Source: a virus. From it: a stretch of DNA of 64,000 nt. Shown here in pieces: positions 38,491 to 48,199 of the stretch. The translations under genes were made by a program, and so were the position numbers. The stretch spans positions 1-64,000 of the IMG/VR virus record IMGVR_UViG_3300035150_000015; one strand, 5' to 3'. The notes beneath the pieces were generated by a model. The model was not told the DNA's origin and made no database searches. It worked only from the letters and a program-made list of their open reading frames with translations. The stretch's first letter is position 1; every line of letters begins with the position of its first letter.

Positions 38491-39499
38491 CTAAGCAACA
38501 GCCTCTACACACAGATAGACATCCCACACGGAAGCCTCTATACTAGGCGGCGTCTTCTTCTTCTGATACTCGGACTCCGAAATAGACATCCCACCGGTAG
38601 ACCTCCACTGAAGTCTCCACTGATAGGTCCCTGTAGTCAAATGTTTTTCAACAATCCTGGCTAAGTAATGACGTTGGTCACTACCAGTGTCTCCAAACAC
38701 CCCAGACGCATCCGACGGCTCCTGAAGATGCGTTTCCCCAATATCAACGAAACCCCCTCCGGAATCTTCTTGGAGCCTAACCTCAATATCCTGACTCACA
38801 GAATCACAATTCCAGCCATAGGAAGTTATACGATAAGTACCCTCCACCAGATCCACAGGAGACGTGACCACCTTTGTACGGAAAAAGGAAGAGGTCGTGG
38901 TGCTCACAGAAGGGTCGTGGGCGCCGACCACTCTTCCCAGAACAGGGCCGGGCTCCGCACACAAGATGCAATTCAGTATGATACCTGGGTCTGAATCTAC
39001 GAAAGGGCTATAGTCCATCACCAATGACAATACAGCTGGAATACTAGTAGCCTCATCGATTTGGCCGAAAAGTCCAACTTGCGCAGAATACAGACTGTTT
39101 ACCCAGCCAAAGTACTGGTCCAATAGCGCCCTCTGCCCATTAGTAGCTGTAGAGTACAGAACCAAGAATTCATCCTAAGTATCCTGGGAATACCTAGACA
39201 ACAGAAAAGCACTCGTGGCCGCACCCACTGCGGATTTATGCGCTGCTCTGACCTCAGCTAAAGTAGCCGAATCCTGATCGACAATGTCTTTCTCAGGCTG
39301 AGTCATTTCCCTCAAGTTCTGAGACTCTGGGGGGTCCACCACCCAATACATTTTAGGGACTTCGGGGTTACTGTCGGTACCAGAACCCACCAAACTAGGT
39401 AACGCTGGGGGATTGTGAACCCAGTCCTCTGGAAGGTAGTCGGGGGTGTGTGCCGACCGAATCACTTGAAAGGTGGATTTTTTTGACAACATCCGACAT
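38491..39499 (-). pseudogene. disrupted structural-like gene (A7 frameshift and in-frame TAG)
   Basis: AGGGG RBS and ATG 39499 (MSDVVKK) joins STFQVIRSAHTPDY if one A of the A7 tract is removed; SQDT*DEFLVLYS reads in frame across TAG 39175-39177. Confidence 0.7.
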
Positions 39500-39671
39500 G
39501 ATATACCCCTAGCAACTACGACGTCGGGTACGAGAGACCACAAGAGAGTTTGCATAAGATCCTGAAGAGGGGTTTGCGACAGGGGTCCCGTGGATCCCCG
39601 AAACCCCACAATCTCGTATAGATCCAGATCCTGACAATGAGATCCCAGGAGCTCGCTCGTTAAGTTTCCAC

Positions 39672-39899
39672 CTACTCAAGAGCCCGTAAACGTTGCGATC
39701 TTTCCCTCTGGCCGCGTAAAGACCAGCAATTTCCGACGGAGTCGGCCCACAGCCAACGCTTAACCTGAGAACGAAGATTATTTAGGTCGTCTTCGACGTT
39801 AGTCGGAGACGATTCCATCGTAGAACCAACAGCCACGGTATCATCGTAAGTAGTTGACTGCCTAATTTGAGAAACTTGGCGGATGAAGGTTCTGCCCAT
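39672..39899 (-). pseudogene. probably truncated structural gene
   Basis: GGAG RBS and a protein-like N-terminus (MGRTFIRQVSQIRQ...EDDLNNLRSQV) that degenerates after ~57 aa; ~170 nt without a convincing ORF follow. Confidence 0.45.
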
Positions 39900-39972
39900 T
39901 TTGTCGCTCCGTGGGTAAAGGGGGAATGCTTTTCACTATTTGATAGGCAACAAGAGTTCTATCATAAAAGAC

Positions 39973-40353
39973 TCAAGTGTTAACGGCCACGTAATCGACA
40001 AGCAACTGGTCGTCAGCCTCTGGAGGAATCTCCAACAACACAGTGTCATATCCAGTCCCGGGACCCCCACTCTCCGAGATGACATAGTCCTCTATAAGTG
40101 TAAGGCGGACACCGTTACAGTATATGTGTATCGAAAGGAAAGGGAGGTTGTGGGTGAATTTGTCCCCGACAGGGACAGTGAAGGTGATATTTACTCCGTC
40201 TTTTGGCCCTACCGGTTGCTGTCCCGTGCGGAACCTAGCTGTTTGAATGAACAGCTGGCTGGCCGCTTGGAGGGAGAGAAAGTTGATGAGGTACACACTG
40301 AATTTCTCTAAGAAACGAACGAACGGCTCGGCTCGGCTCGGTCTACTTGGCAT
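39973..40353 (-). CDS. small beta-rich virion-type domain protein
   Basis: PVGPKDGVNITFT...IYCNGVRL..DY...PPEADDQLLVDY. Confidence 0.55.
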   Translation of the reverse strand: MPSRPSRAEPFVRFLEKFSVYLINFLSLQAASQLFIQTARFRTGQQPVGPKDGVNITFTVPVGDKFTHNLPFLSIHIYCNGVRLTLIEDYVISESGGPGTGYDTVLLEIPPEADDQLLVDYVAVNT

Positions 40354-40576
40354 CCACCCGGTAATGGCCCACCACTTTTTCCGGATCGAATGGCTCGGCC
40401 TCTAGCGCTATGGCAGCGGGGTCTGTTTCAGCAAGCCACTTGCGCAACCCACCGATTTCCCAATCACGCTCCTCGGAACACTTCGCGCATAGCCGCCAGG
40501 ATCGCTTCTGTGTGGCCGTGGTAGAACCCACCGTACGATCATCCAGTTCTACCTCGCAGATACAGCAGGTCAGCAT
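40343..40576 (-). CDS. small zinc-finger hypothetical protein
   Basis: CCIC...CAKC; probable ATG (MLTCCIC) overlapping the LRR gene stop. Confidence 0.45.
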   Translation of the reverse strand: MLTCCICEVELDDRTVGSTTATQKRSWRLCAKCSEERDWEIGGLRKWLAETDPAAIALEAEPFDPEKVVGHYRVDAK

Positions 40577-41301
40577 GAGCAACTCCCAGTGATGGTGCAG
40601 GTCCAACTATGTGCATTGACAAGCGAGCAGTACGCAGGACATCCTGTCCCAACACTCGGAGCGGCATTCGTCCCATGAATCTGCAGCGTGCCGGCGCGCG
40701 GGTTGGCGGTCACCGTCGCAAGCAGGTCTACCAACACATCGTCAACGACGGATTCCGACCAGCCATTGTTGTAGCAATACAAATTCTGTAGCTCCGTCCA
40801 CGTCGACGGAATCGTCAGCGACGCAAGCGCGTTGTCGTAGCAGTACAGTGTTTTCATCGCCGTCCACTCAGGTGGTAACGTCAGCGACGTGAGCGCGTTG
40901 CCTACACACGACAGATTTGTCATCGCCGTCCACTCAGGTGGTAACGTCAGCGACGTGAGCGCGTTGTAGTAGCAACGCAGAACCTTCATCGCAGTCCATT
41001 CCGGCGGGAGCGTCAGTGATGTGAGCAAGCACGAATAGCAAAACAAGACTGTCAGCGTCTCGCCGCCCTCGATCCAAATCGAGTGCCCCGCGACGCCGTC
41101 CGTGTACGTGTGTGCTGAGACTTGGAGCGCCCCGGTCTTGTCCGTAGTCAATCCGTCCCCCCAGTGAATCGTGATCTGCGCGGAACTACTGGTGGTCAGC
41201 GTAACGGTGTTGTTCGTGCCGCTGGTACGCATCGTCTCGGGCACAGTGACAGCTAGGATCCTTCGAGCTTGGACTCCGAGCCGTCTATAAATCCCAGGCA
41301 T
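40570..41301 (-). CDS. leucine-rich repeat protein with PKD-like N-domain
   Basis: ITIHWGDG..HTY, then four to five 22-aa units LxCxxNALTSLTLPPEWTAM. Confidence 0.85.
   Translation of the reverse strand: MPGIYRRLGVQARRILAVTVPETMRTSGTNNTVTLTTSSSAQITIHWGDGLTTDKTGALQVSAHTYTDGVAGHSIWIEGGETLTVLFCYSCLLTSLTLPPEWTAMKVLRCYYNALTSLTLPPEWTAMTNLSCVGNALTSLTLPPEWTAMKTLYCYDNALASLTIPSTWTELQNLYCYNNGWSESVVDDVLVDLLATVTANPRAGTLQIHGTNAAPSVGTGCPAYCSLVNAHSWTCTITGSCSC
40854..40966. repeat. 47-nt identical direct repeat, 66-nt period
   Basis: 40854-40900 equals 40920-40966. Confidence 0.9.
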
Positions 41302-41313
41302 ATCAGACTTTTT

Positions 41314-41586
41314 TCAGTAGAGAACCACTACCCCAGTAGCACTCGAACCGGCCCCAATTGACTTAGCTTGAATATCCCAAATGAAGCCATCTGGACAGGC
41401 AGGAAGCGTAACTGAAGAATCGTCATACCGAACTACATCCAGTGTGCCCCCACCCATTACAGCGATGGCCCGACTCAAACGAGACTTGTCTTGAGGGTCT
41501 GACGTCTGGATGTTCAGGGCTACACCATCTGCCTTAAGGATATAGTCGAGAGCACTGTAGATGTGTGGGGAGCCAGGGATTCCCAT
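41314..41586 (-). CDS. small structural-like protein
   Basis: GAGG RBS; MGIPGSPH...SRAIAVMGGGTL...ATGVVVLY. Confidence 0.55.
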   Translation of the reverse strand: MGIPGSPHIYSALDYILKADGVALNIQTSDPQDKSRLSRAIAVMGGGTLDVVRYDDSSVTLPACPDGFIWDIQAKSIGAGSSATGVVVLY

Positions 41587-41593
41587 GATGACC

Positions 41594-42256
41594 TCAAAGT
41601 GGTAGGTAGGAAGTGAAACTTGCTGAGAAAGTAGCAGTGCTGCTATCCCCTCGAACCAGGAAACTGTCAATAGCACCATCAACAAACTGCATCTGAGACA
41701 GAGTGCTGGACCCGGCATCCAAAAGGACCTCCGCCCCACCCTCATCCAATGCCACATACAAGTCCGTAATGGGCTCGTGGTTGTGGATGGTCAAATCCTG
41801 GGTGCGGAACGGCAGCAAGAGTTGCAAAGAGTTACCCACCGTGGTCCCAGAAGGGGCAGTTCCCCCAATTAAAACTCGGCTGTCCCCTCGGAGAGCACTC
41901 TCCGGGAGAATCAGACAAGGGGAGCTGGCGGTACCAGGTGTACCCGAATAGTCTACCGGCACGAACTTTAGCCAGAACTGCTTGCTGTCTTCGATTCCAG
42001 TGGGGGTGAAAAACGTCTGAGGGTTGAATACCACTCGAATATGATTGGGGTTGTTGAGAGCATTGAGCTTGTTCCGGTCAACAGCGGGGTCCAAGTAGCC
42101 AGATGAAATGTCCGCTGTCAAAATTGTAGTGAAAGTGGCATCAAAATTCGTTGCCGCCTGGAGTCGATACCCCTTCACGCTCACTTGCTTGGGGATCAAA
42201 AGGTCTATGATATTCGGCCTGCGCCGAACAACATTGAATGGTCTAGTAGTACTCAT
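41594..42256 (-). CDS. putative virion protein
   Basis: 220-aa beta-rich ORF, ATGA-coupled. Confidence 0.55.
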   Translation of the reverse strand: MSTTRPFNVVRRRPNIIDLLIPKQVSVKGYRLQAATNFDATFTTILTADISSGYLDPAVDRNKLNALNNPNHIRVVFNPQTFFTPTGIEDSKQFWLKFVPVDYSGTPGTASSPCLILPESALRGDSRVLIGGTAPSGTTVGNSLQLLLPFRTQDLTIHNHEPITDLYVALDEGGAEVLLDAGSSTLSQMQFVDGAIDSFLVRGDSSTATFSASFTSYLPL

Positions 42257-42675
42257 GACGCAGCTCCCTGACGCTTCTCCTTAGTCACAAGAGGATCATA
42301 GGTACGGGCCGAAGCCTCACCCTTGGTGCTTCGGACGTGCTCCTGGACTTCTCTCCAATTATCGGCCTCCTGGCCTCCGTAGTTAGGCACCAATTTGTTC
42401 TTCTGGACGTGGTCCCTTTCCCGTTGAGCCATTTGTTCAGACCGCGCCCTACGATACTTGTTTTCCCGCATGGCCTTTGTCGCCCACCCCCCAGAAGGTC
42501 CGTCCTTAAGCACGAAACCTATCTGTCCCGCGTCAAAAATCAACTCCAATACAGTCCCGTCGTCGGCCTTGACTTCTTGTTCGCCCGACCGGACGGCCTC
42601 ATACTCAGCAAACTTCAACCGCTTGGTCAAAATGTCTCCTGATTTTGAGTTACGAAAAGTGTAGGTAGGCATCAT
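42253..42675 (-). CDS. FmdB-like protein lacking the Cys ligands
   Basis: MPTYTFRNSKSG start parallels 18020..18442. Confidence 0.5.
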   Translation of the reverse strand: MMPTYTFRNSKSGDILTKRLKFAEYEAVRSGEQEVKADDGTVLELIFDAGQIGFVLKDGPSGGWATKAMRENKYRRARSEQMAQRERDHVQKNKLVPNYGGQEADNWREVQEHVRSTKGEASARTYDPLVTKEKRQGAAS

Positions 42676-43505
42676 TTCCTCTTTGTTTTCATCTTTTTCT
42701 TGGGGATGGTCCAAGATCTAGTGGTAGCCAAAACGGCGGCCACATGCTTACAGACCGGATGGATCCTCTCGGGATCTCGAATGTCTGGGGGAGAGGCTGT
42801 CCCTCTCGGCTTCCCCAGCTGATAGCTTTTTTCCTTGGCATGGTATTCGGGCCCCTGCCATCTCCAGGCCGGACAAGAACAACTAAGCTCCAAATCCAAT
42901 TTGGAGAATTTGGTCACATTGCCAGACCTACGTGCCTTGATACTCACTACCTTAGGGCCGTTCCCACAGTCTACACTGAATAGCCACCTGAGATTCTTGA
43001 TATCCGCTCTCTTGAGAGTAGCCTGGCATTTCTTGGCCCTCTGCTGGAACTTGTGACTCAGGTTCTTCAGAATCTCCTCTGCCGTGGCCGCTACCCTAAC
43101 ACCGTCCGTGGGTCGAATAAGCCTCACAGGAGCGTCCTTGAGCTCCCAGATAGCCGCTACAACGAAAGCAATGTTGCTGGGTCGACGGTAAGGAAGATTG
43201 TCTGTAGGCTTACCCAAACCGAAGTAACTGGGGTTTGCATCGGAGTGGTCGATCTGATCCGGAATGGACTGGTCCTTGGGCATGTCTCTAGGGTTCCGAA
43301 TCCGGTAGATTGACTCATCTCGAGCCGGGGAACGAGAGGTACCATTGTCATCCAGAGGCTTGACAAAGGTCTTTTCTCCAGGGATAGATTCGCCAAGAGG
43401 GAGACCTTTGCCCGCAGGAGGCCCTTCGGGGAGCTCCGCTACAGCCACGGGGGCCCTCGCTCTGCCCTCTCCATAGGGCGGACGAGACACAAGAGGCTCC
43501 CTCAC
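42672..43505 (-). CDS. SWIM-type zinc-finger protein
   Basis: LSCSCPAWRWQG...VCKH. Confidence 0.7.
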   Translation of the reverse strand: MREPLVSRPPYGEGRARAPVAVAELPEGPPAGKGLPLGESIPGEKTFVKPLDDNGTSRSPARDESIYRIRNPRDMPKDQSIPDQIDHSDANPSYFGLGKPTDNLPYRRPSNIAFVVAAIWELKDAPVRLIRPTDGVRVAATAEEILKNLSHKFQQRAKKCQATLKRADIKNLRWLFSVDCGNGPKVVSIKARRSGNVTKFSKLDLELSCSCPAWRWQGPEYHAKEKSYQLGKPRGTASPPDIRDPERIHPVCKHVAAVLATTRSWTIPKKKMKTKRK

Positions 43506-45559
43506 GCCTTCCAGGAAGCCTCTCGAAGCTGATCTTTCACGGAATACGGAAGGCCATATGTCCCGAAGTCAGTTTCTGCTACCAGGTCCTTGTTATCCAC
43601 GAATGCCTTAATGGCCTTCTTCTTATCCACTACCACAGCACCACCACGGTTTTTCACGATTCCTCGCTTAATCAGAGCCGCAATGTGGATGTTGTGGACC
43701 CCGTATTCCCCGAGACCGGCTCTCTGGAAGTACTGGCCTCGAGCCACGGGCTTGAGAGTCATCATGATGGCCAGAGCTCGAAGCTCATCCTTGGAGATCT
43801 TGGCCGAAGGGGTGATGTTCTTGACTTTCTCAAGCTTCTCAGCCGTCTCGGCCTCTTCCTTTTGCTTCCTCTCCACGTACTTCTTGGCCTCAGGGAGCAC
43901 CTTACTGGTGACCTTGGATGGCACCTCCGACTCTCTAACCGCCTCGAAGTTGCGGAGGTCATAGGAGTTCAAAGAGGTAAGCTTGGGCTTGCCTCGAGTC
44001 CGGCCAGAGGAGCCAACCTCCATGCTCATACACCGATAACCACCATTCTTCAAGGTTTCGAACGGGTAGTAATAGATAGTGCTAGGGTCATAACTTAAGC
44101 TGGACTGCCACCTGTACCAAGCCCCAACCCCAAAAGCCTTCTTGATGTTGCTTCCGTCTTCGTCAACATGGTCCTTCCATTTCTTGGCGTCCTCGGGACT
44201 CATGTTGCGAGTTGGGTCGGCCGGTTTTCCCTTCTCGAACTTGGATTCCTTGACTTCCTCTTCCTCAGAGGCGCCCTTGAACTTGTCCTCGTACTTGTCA
44301 GTATTGGACTTCCACTTCTTGGCGTCCTCGGGACTCATGTTGCGAGTTGGATCAGCTGGTTTACCCTCCTCGAAACGAGACTCCTTGGTTTCCTCTTCCT
44401 CAGAAGCCATCTTGCCAAGATTTCTCTGGAACATCCGACCAGCTGACATGAGAAAATTGACTGCTGAAACGAAGTTATCCTTCTGAGGGGCATTCTTTCC
44501 AGGATCTCTCTCTAGAAGCTTGAAAGAATGCTCCATCTCCTTTAGCTGGTCCTTAGTGGTATCCAACATGCGTTCCATAGCCCGCATGGGGTCCACTGCA
44601 ATCTTGTCCCCAGCCATCACCGGAACCATGTCCTCCGGGCTCATACGCTGGGCCATGCGGGCCGCCTGCATGACATCACGAACCAGAGCCCGGGTCTTCT
44701 GCAAGGCCCCCTCATCACCCATCTGAGCCAAGAGATTGCCAATGCCGTCCACAATCCCAGTTAGCTGTAAAAGAGCCGCCCTCCAACGGCCTACCCCGGC
44801 ACTCCGAGCTACCATCTTCATAGCAGACAGCATCTCTTCCACCAAGATGTCCGGAGAAACAACCTCTTCAGCCGCCTCTTTTAGAGACCCCTCAGACAAC
44901 AACTCCTGAACCATCGAATCCGCAACCAACCTCCTCAAAAGACCAGCCAAACGAACCCGACTGAGCTTCTGCTCGGGGGTAGCCGAAGCCAGGGCCGACG
45001 CAATCCGATCCAACATATCTGATGGGTCAAAATCGTCAGAAGCCGTCTTCACACCGGCCTCCAGTTCGGTAATGAGGCCTAGAACCTCCGTTGTTGGGAG
45101 AGACCCGGCCTCACGAGTCTTCTTGGCCAGTTCCTGGATGGCTTCGGTTGCTTTCTTAGGATTCATGGTAATAGGCTCCGTCCCAGAGCAAGCTGGGCCT
45201 TGTGGTTCTGAACGGCGGTGGACTGGTCGAATACGGACCTCTTCGAGGACCTTCTCGAGCTGTTGGACTTTTTCCGGCCTGAGTTCCTGCTTAAGCTCTT
45301 CGTAATCCAACTTCCCAGCAGCCAAAGCCACTGCCTGCAGAGACTTCTCAAGCTTAAAAGCAGCGGCTGGGATACCCTTGATGAGATGCCCGGCTTCCTC
45401 AAAGAAGTGGTCCTTCTTGGGGGACTTGTCGATGAGCTTCACAGCATCGTTGATATAGCGGACCAGCTGATCACACCGAAGTCGAGCATCTCCGAGCTCC
45501 TCGATCAGGTACAGGGTAACACTAGCAGACTTTTGGGCAGAGCTAGAGGGTTTGGCCAT
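43502..45559 (-). CDS. modular hypothetical protein, probable internal head protein
   Basis: 685 aa; duplicated FEEGKPADPTRNMSPEDAKKWK; many K-x-A motifs. Confidence 0.6.
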   Translation of the reverse strand: MAKPSSSAQKSASVTLYLIEELGDARLRCDQLVRYINDAVKLIDKSPKKDHFFEEAGHLIKGIPAAAFKLEKSLQAVALAAGKLDYEELKQELRPEKVQQLEKVLEEVRIRPVHRRSEPQGPACSGTEPITMNPKKATEAIQELAKKTREAGSLPTTEVLGLITELEAGVKTASDDFDPSDMLDRIASALASATPEQKLSRVRLAGLLRRLVADSMVQELLSEGSLKEAAEEVVSPDILVEEMLSAMKMVARSAGVGRWRAALLQLTGIVDGIGNLLAQMGDEGALQKTRALVRDVMQAARMAQRMSPEDMVPVMAGDKIAVDPMRAMERMLDTTKDQLKEMEHSFKLLERDPGKNAPQKDNFVSAVNFLMSAGRMFQRNLGKMASEEEETKESRFEEGKPADPTRNMSPEDAKKWKSNTDKYEDKFKGASEEEEVKESKFEKGKPADPTRNMSPEDAKKWKDHVDEDGSNIKKAFGVGAWYRWQSSLSYDPSTIYYYPFETLKNGGYRCMSMEVGSSGRTRGKPKLTSLNSYDLRNFEAVRESEVPSKVTSKVLPEAKKYVERKQKEEAETAEKLEKVKNITPSAKISKDELRALAIMMTLKPVARGQYFQRAGLGEYGVHNIHIAALIKRGIVKNRGGAVVVDKKKAIKAFVDNKDLVAETDFGTYGLPYSVKDQLREASWKA
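44175..44405. repeat. 135-nt-period intragenic duplication
   Basis: TTCTTGGCGTCCTCGGGACTCATGTTGCGAGTTGG at 44181 and 44316. Confidence 0.9.
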
Positions 45560-45610
45560 GTGTGCCTTTTCCGTTTCACCGAAGAAGGCACACAAGAAGA
45601 AGCGCCAAAC

Positions 45611-46687
45611 TCATCCAGAAAAGGCTTCCGGGTATTCGGCTACCAACTGAGACTTGATAGTGGCATCAGTCTCGGCTGCTGCCACCGCCCGGATTACGTC
45701 CGGCCGGTCGTCATAGTCCGCAGCGATCCTAGCCATTTTCTTCTTAGGGGTGTCCGTGAACACATAATTTTCAGGGAAATCAGGACAGATGGCCTTTGCA
45801 ATCGTACGACATGCCTCATCGGCTGCCTCAGAATCCTTAGCCTCGGGCACCAAAAGCCTCTGGCCCTTTTTCGGCCCATTGGTAGTATTGAAGCGGATGC
45901 CCTCGCTCTCAATGACTGACTGAGCAGCTTCTCCCTCTCCTTCGGGGACCGAAACCTCAGTTCCAGCCACAACGGAAGGCTTCAGCATAACCCCTTCGGT
46001 CTCCTTGACTGAAGAAGGCTTCACCCGGCCAACAACTACAGGCGCATCCTCAGAAACATGGGTTGCCCTGACTGCCTCGATTCTAGCTAGATAGGTTTCC
46101 CTTTCCTCGGGGCCCAAGGTAGCCAAAAACTCCTCCCGGCTCATCCCCGCTCCAGCGTCAATACTAACATTTTCTGCCTTAGAAATGGCTGCTTGGGGGG
46201 TGACCTCTCCCAAGTCTGTCTTCTGCTTGGACGGAGTCTTGAGCTTGCGAACAACGGTGCCCTCCTGATCTTCAGCCTTAATGATTCGGCGCCCTCGAGC
46301 ATTCTGTTCTGCAGCAAACTTGTTACGGTCAGCAACGGTACTCACTTCCCGTTCCTCGTCCGCCACTGTCACAGATCCCACTTCCTCACGAGGCTCCATC
46401 GGATCGCCGCCAACAGCTTTCCGAATCTTGATAGGAGCTTGTGTTGGGACATGGGTGCTATTATCCTCAGGATCGTACAGGTCCGACAAAACCAGCCATC
46501 CCATCCGCACGGCTCCTCGAACCGTAGGGACGGAAAAAGGCTCGTATCCGTCGTAATACACCTTTTGTCCGTCAAACTCGATTTCCGCACCAACTGGAAT
46601 CTTGATTCCAGTTGACCCCAAGGTGAACTCTTTCGTGGCAGTGAACTTCTGAGGGTGGCCAGGCTTATACTGAATCTGAGTACTCAT
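45611..46687 (-). CDS. hypothetical protein
   Basis: 358-aa ORF, AAGGA RBS. Confidence 0.7.
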   Translation of the reverse strand: MSTQIQYKPGHPQKFTATKEFTLGSTGIKIPVGAEIEFDGQKVYYDGYEPFSVPTVRGAVRMGWLVLSDLYDPEDNSTHVPTQAPIKIRKAVGGDPMEPREEVGSVTVADEEREVSTVADRNKFAAEQNARGRRIIKAEDQEGTVVRKLKTPSKQKTDLGEVTPQAAISKAENVSIDAGAGMSREEFLATLGPEERETYLARIEAVRATHVSEDAPVVVGRVKPSSVKETEGVMLKPSVVAGTEVSVPEGEGEAAQSVIESEGIRFNTTNGPKKGQRLLVPEAKDSEAADEACRTIAKAICPDFPENYVFTDTPKKKMARIAADYDDRPDVIRAVAAAETDATIKSQLVAEYPEAFSG

Positions 46688-46763
46688 TGTGTATACATCC
46701 TTGTGGTAATCTCAGGGGAAAGTATTCCCCTACAATAGATGAAAACACAAATAGAGTATGACC

Positions 46764-47489
46764 TCAGAATCTAACAAGCCGGGAAATCGCTCGAAGCAAA
46801 TCTCGCAAGACTTTGATGGTCTTATTAGCAGTAACACTCAAGCTAGTCTTCAAAAGGTCTACTTCTTGCCCGATAACAGTTTTAATGTCAACGTAATCAG
46901 AGAAGGTCACTCCCTCCTTAAGCTTCTTGTCGAATTTCCCCAGAGCCTCTGCGAGATCAATATCGAAGTCCAAGCGACCGGCATCCCATGCCCTAATAGC
47001 ACGTTTAATAGCCCTGGAAACATCATCTACTGTTCGAGGTTTTCCGATAAACTCTGCGTGTTTCTCGAACTTACTCTCCATCTCTTCGAGGTAGTCGTAG
47101 TATTTGGGGTCCTCGGTCAAGTGATCCATGGCAATCTCTAGAGCCAAATCTGGATCGTCCGTGTGCTCCATCTCGACCTTCTTACCCTTGGCCAGTTGTT
47201 CAGGGTCGAAGTCCTTGGGCTGCTTTTTATCGGCTTGGCCTCCAGGAACCTTATCCTTTCGGGCTTCCTTGGTCTCGAAATATTCTACCTCATGAAGGCG
47301 CTTTTCCGCCTTCCCCTTCTCAGAGAAGCACCCGCCGCTCCAATCAGGGTTGTCCGGGGAACGCACACAGTACTCCCCCTTCTCTTTGCGGATTACCGAG
47401 TTCTTCTCTTCCTCCGCCTTCAGATACCGGGCTACAACCCTACGAGAAAGCAAAGCCGCCTGAAAGTTTCCCAAAGTTTCCATGACCAA
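46764..47489 (-). CDS. modular protein with DUF5661-like domain
   Basis: GGQADKKQPKDFDPEQLAKGKKVEMEHTDD..ALEIAMDHLTEDPKYY. Confidence 0.65.
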   Translation of the reverse strand: MVMETLGNFQAALLSRRVVARYLKAEEEKNSVIRKEKGEYCVRSPDNPDWSGGCFSEKGKAEKRLHEVEYFETKEARKDKVPGGQADKKQPKDFDPEQLAKGKKVEMEHTDDPDLALEIAMDHLTEDPKYYDYLEEMESKFEKHAEFIGKPRTVDDVSRAIKRAIRAWDAGRLDFDIDLAEALGKFDKKLKEGVTFSDYVDIKTVIGQEVDLLKTSLSVTANKTIKVLRDLLRAISRLVRF

Positions 47490-47506
47490 GATTGGACATA
47501 GAAAAA

Positions 47507-48166
47507 CTAGGAGGGAAGACTCCAGTCCAAGGGTTCCTTGCCCATTGCCTTCAAAGCTTCGTTGGTGACCGAAAATGGCCTAGACCCGAAAAAACCACGG
47601 TGGGCCGAAAGTGGAGACGGGTGTGCACTCTCCACTACCATGTGTCGTTGACTGTCCACCAAAGAGGACTTCTTGCGAGCATCTGCCCCCCAAAGAATGA
47701 ACACCAGTGGGTCTTCTCTAGCACTCAAGACCTCGATTACCCGATTCGTGAATATCTCCCACCCCTTATCCTCATGGGACTTGGGTTCATGGGCTCTAAC
47801 CGTGAGGATGGAGTTCAGAAGGAAGACCCCCTTCTCAGCCCAAGCCTCCAAACATCCGTGTTTTGGGGGCTTGACTCCCACGTCGTCCTCCAGCTCCCTG
47901 TAAATGTTCTTCAGACTCCTGGGGATGGGTACCCCCGGGAGCACCGAAAAGCACAAGCCATGGGCCTGTCCAGCGCCAGGATAAGGGTCCTGACCCAACA
48001 CCACAACCTTTACCTGGTCGTAGGGAACCTCAAAGGCCCGGAATACATTCCCAGCGGCCGGGAAAATGGCGTTGGCCTTCCGTTCTTCCCGAACAAACTC
48101 GGCCAACTGACGAAAGTAAGGCTTCTGGAACTCTTCAGCTAGAAGCCTTTTCCAAGACTCATGCAT
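47507..48166 (-). CDS. ung: uracil-DNA glycosylase, family 1
   Basis: GQDPY, QAHGLCFSV, GVFLLN, LWG, HPSPLS. Confidence 0.96.
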   Translation of the reverse strand: MHESWKRLLAEEFQKPYFRQLAEFVREERKANAIFPAAGNVFRAFEVPYDQVKVVVLGQDPYPGAGQAHGLCFSVLPGVPIPRSLKNIYRELEDDVGVKPPKHGCLEAWAEKGVFLLNSILTVRAHEPKSHEDKGWEIFTNRVIEVLSAREDPLVFILWGADARKKSSLVDSQRHMVVESAHPSPLSAHRGFFGSRPFSVTNEALKAMGKEPLDWSLPS

Positions 48167-48199
48167 ACTATAAGGTACACCAAACCCAATGGCATACAC

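Noticed and set aside
39175-39177. In-frame TAG as evidence of amber recoding
   Set aside because: TAG ends several intact genes (6965, 48865, 49527, 55021, 59618), long genes are not fragmented, and the same gene also has a frameshift.
40570-41301. LRR repeats as a diversity-generating retroelement target or CRISPR array
   Set aside because: No reverse transcriptase or template repeat in the window; repeats are in-frame coding units.
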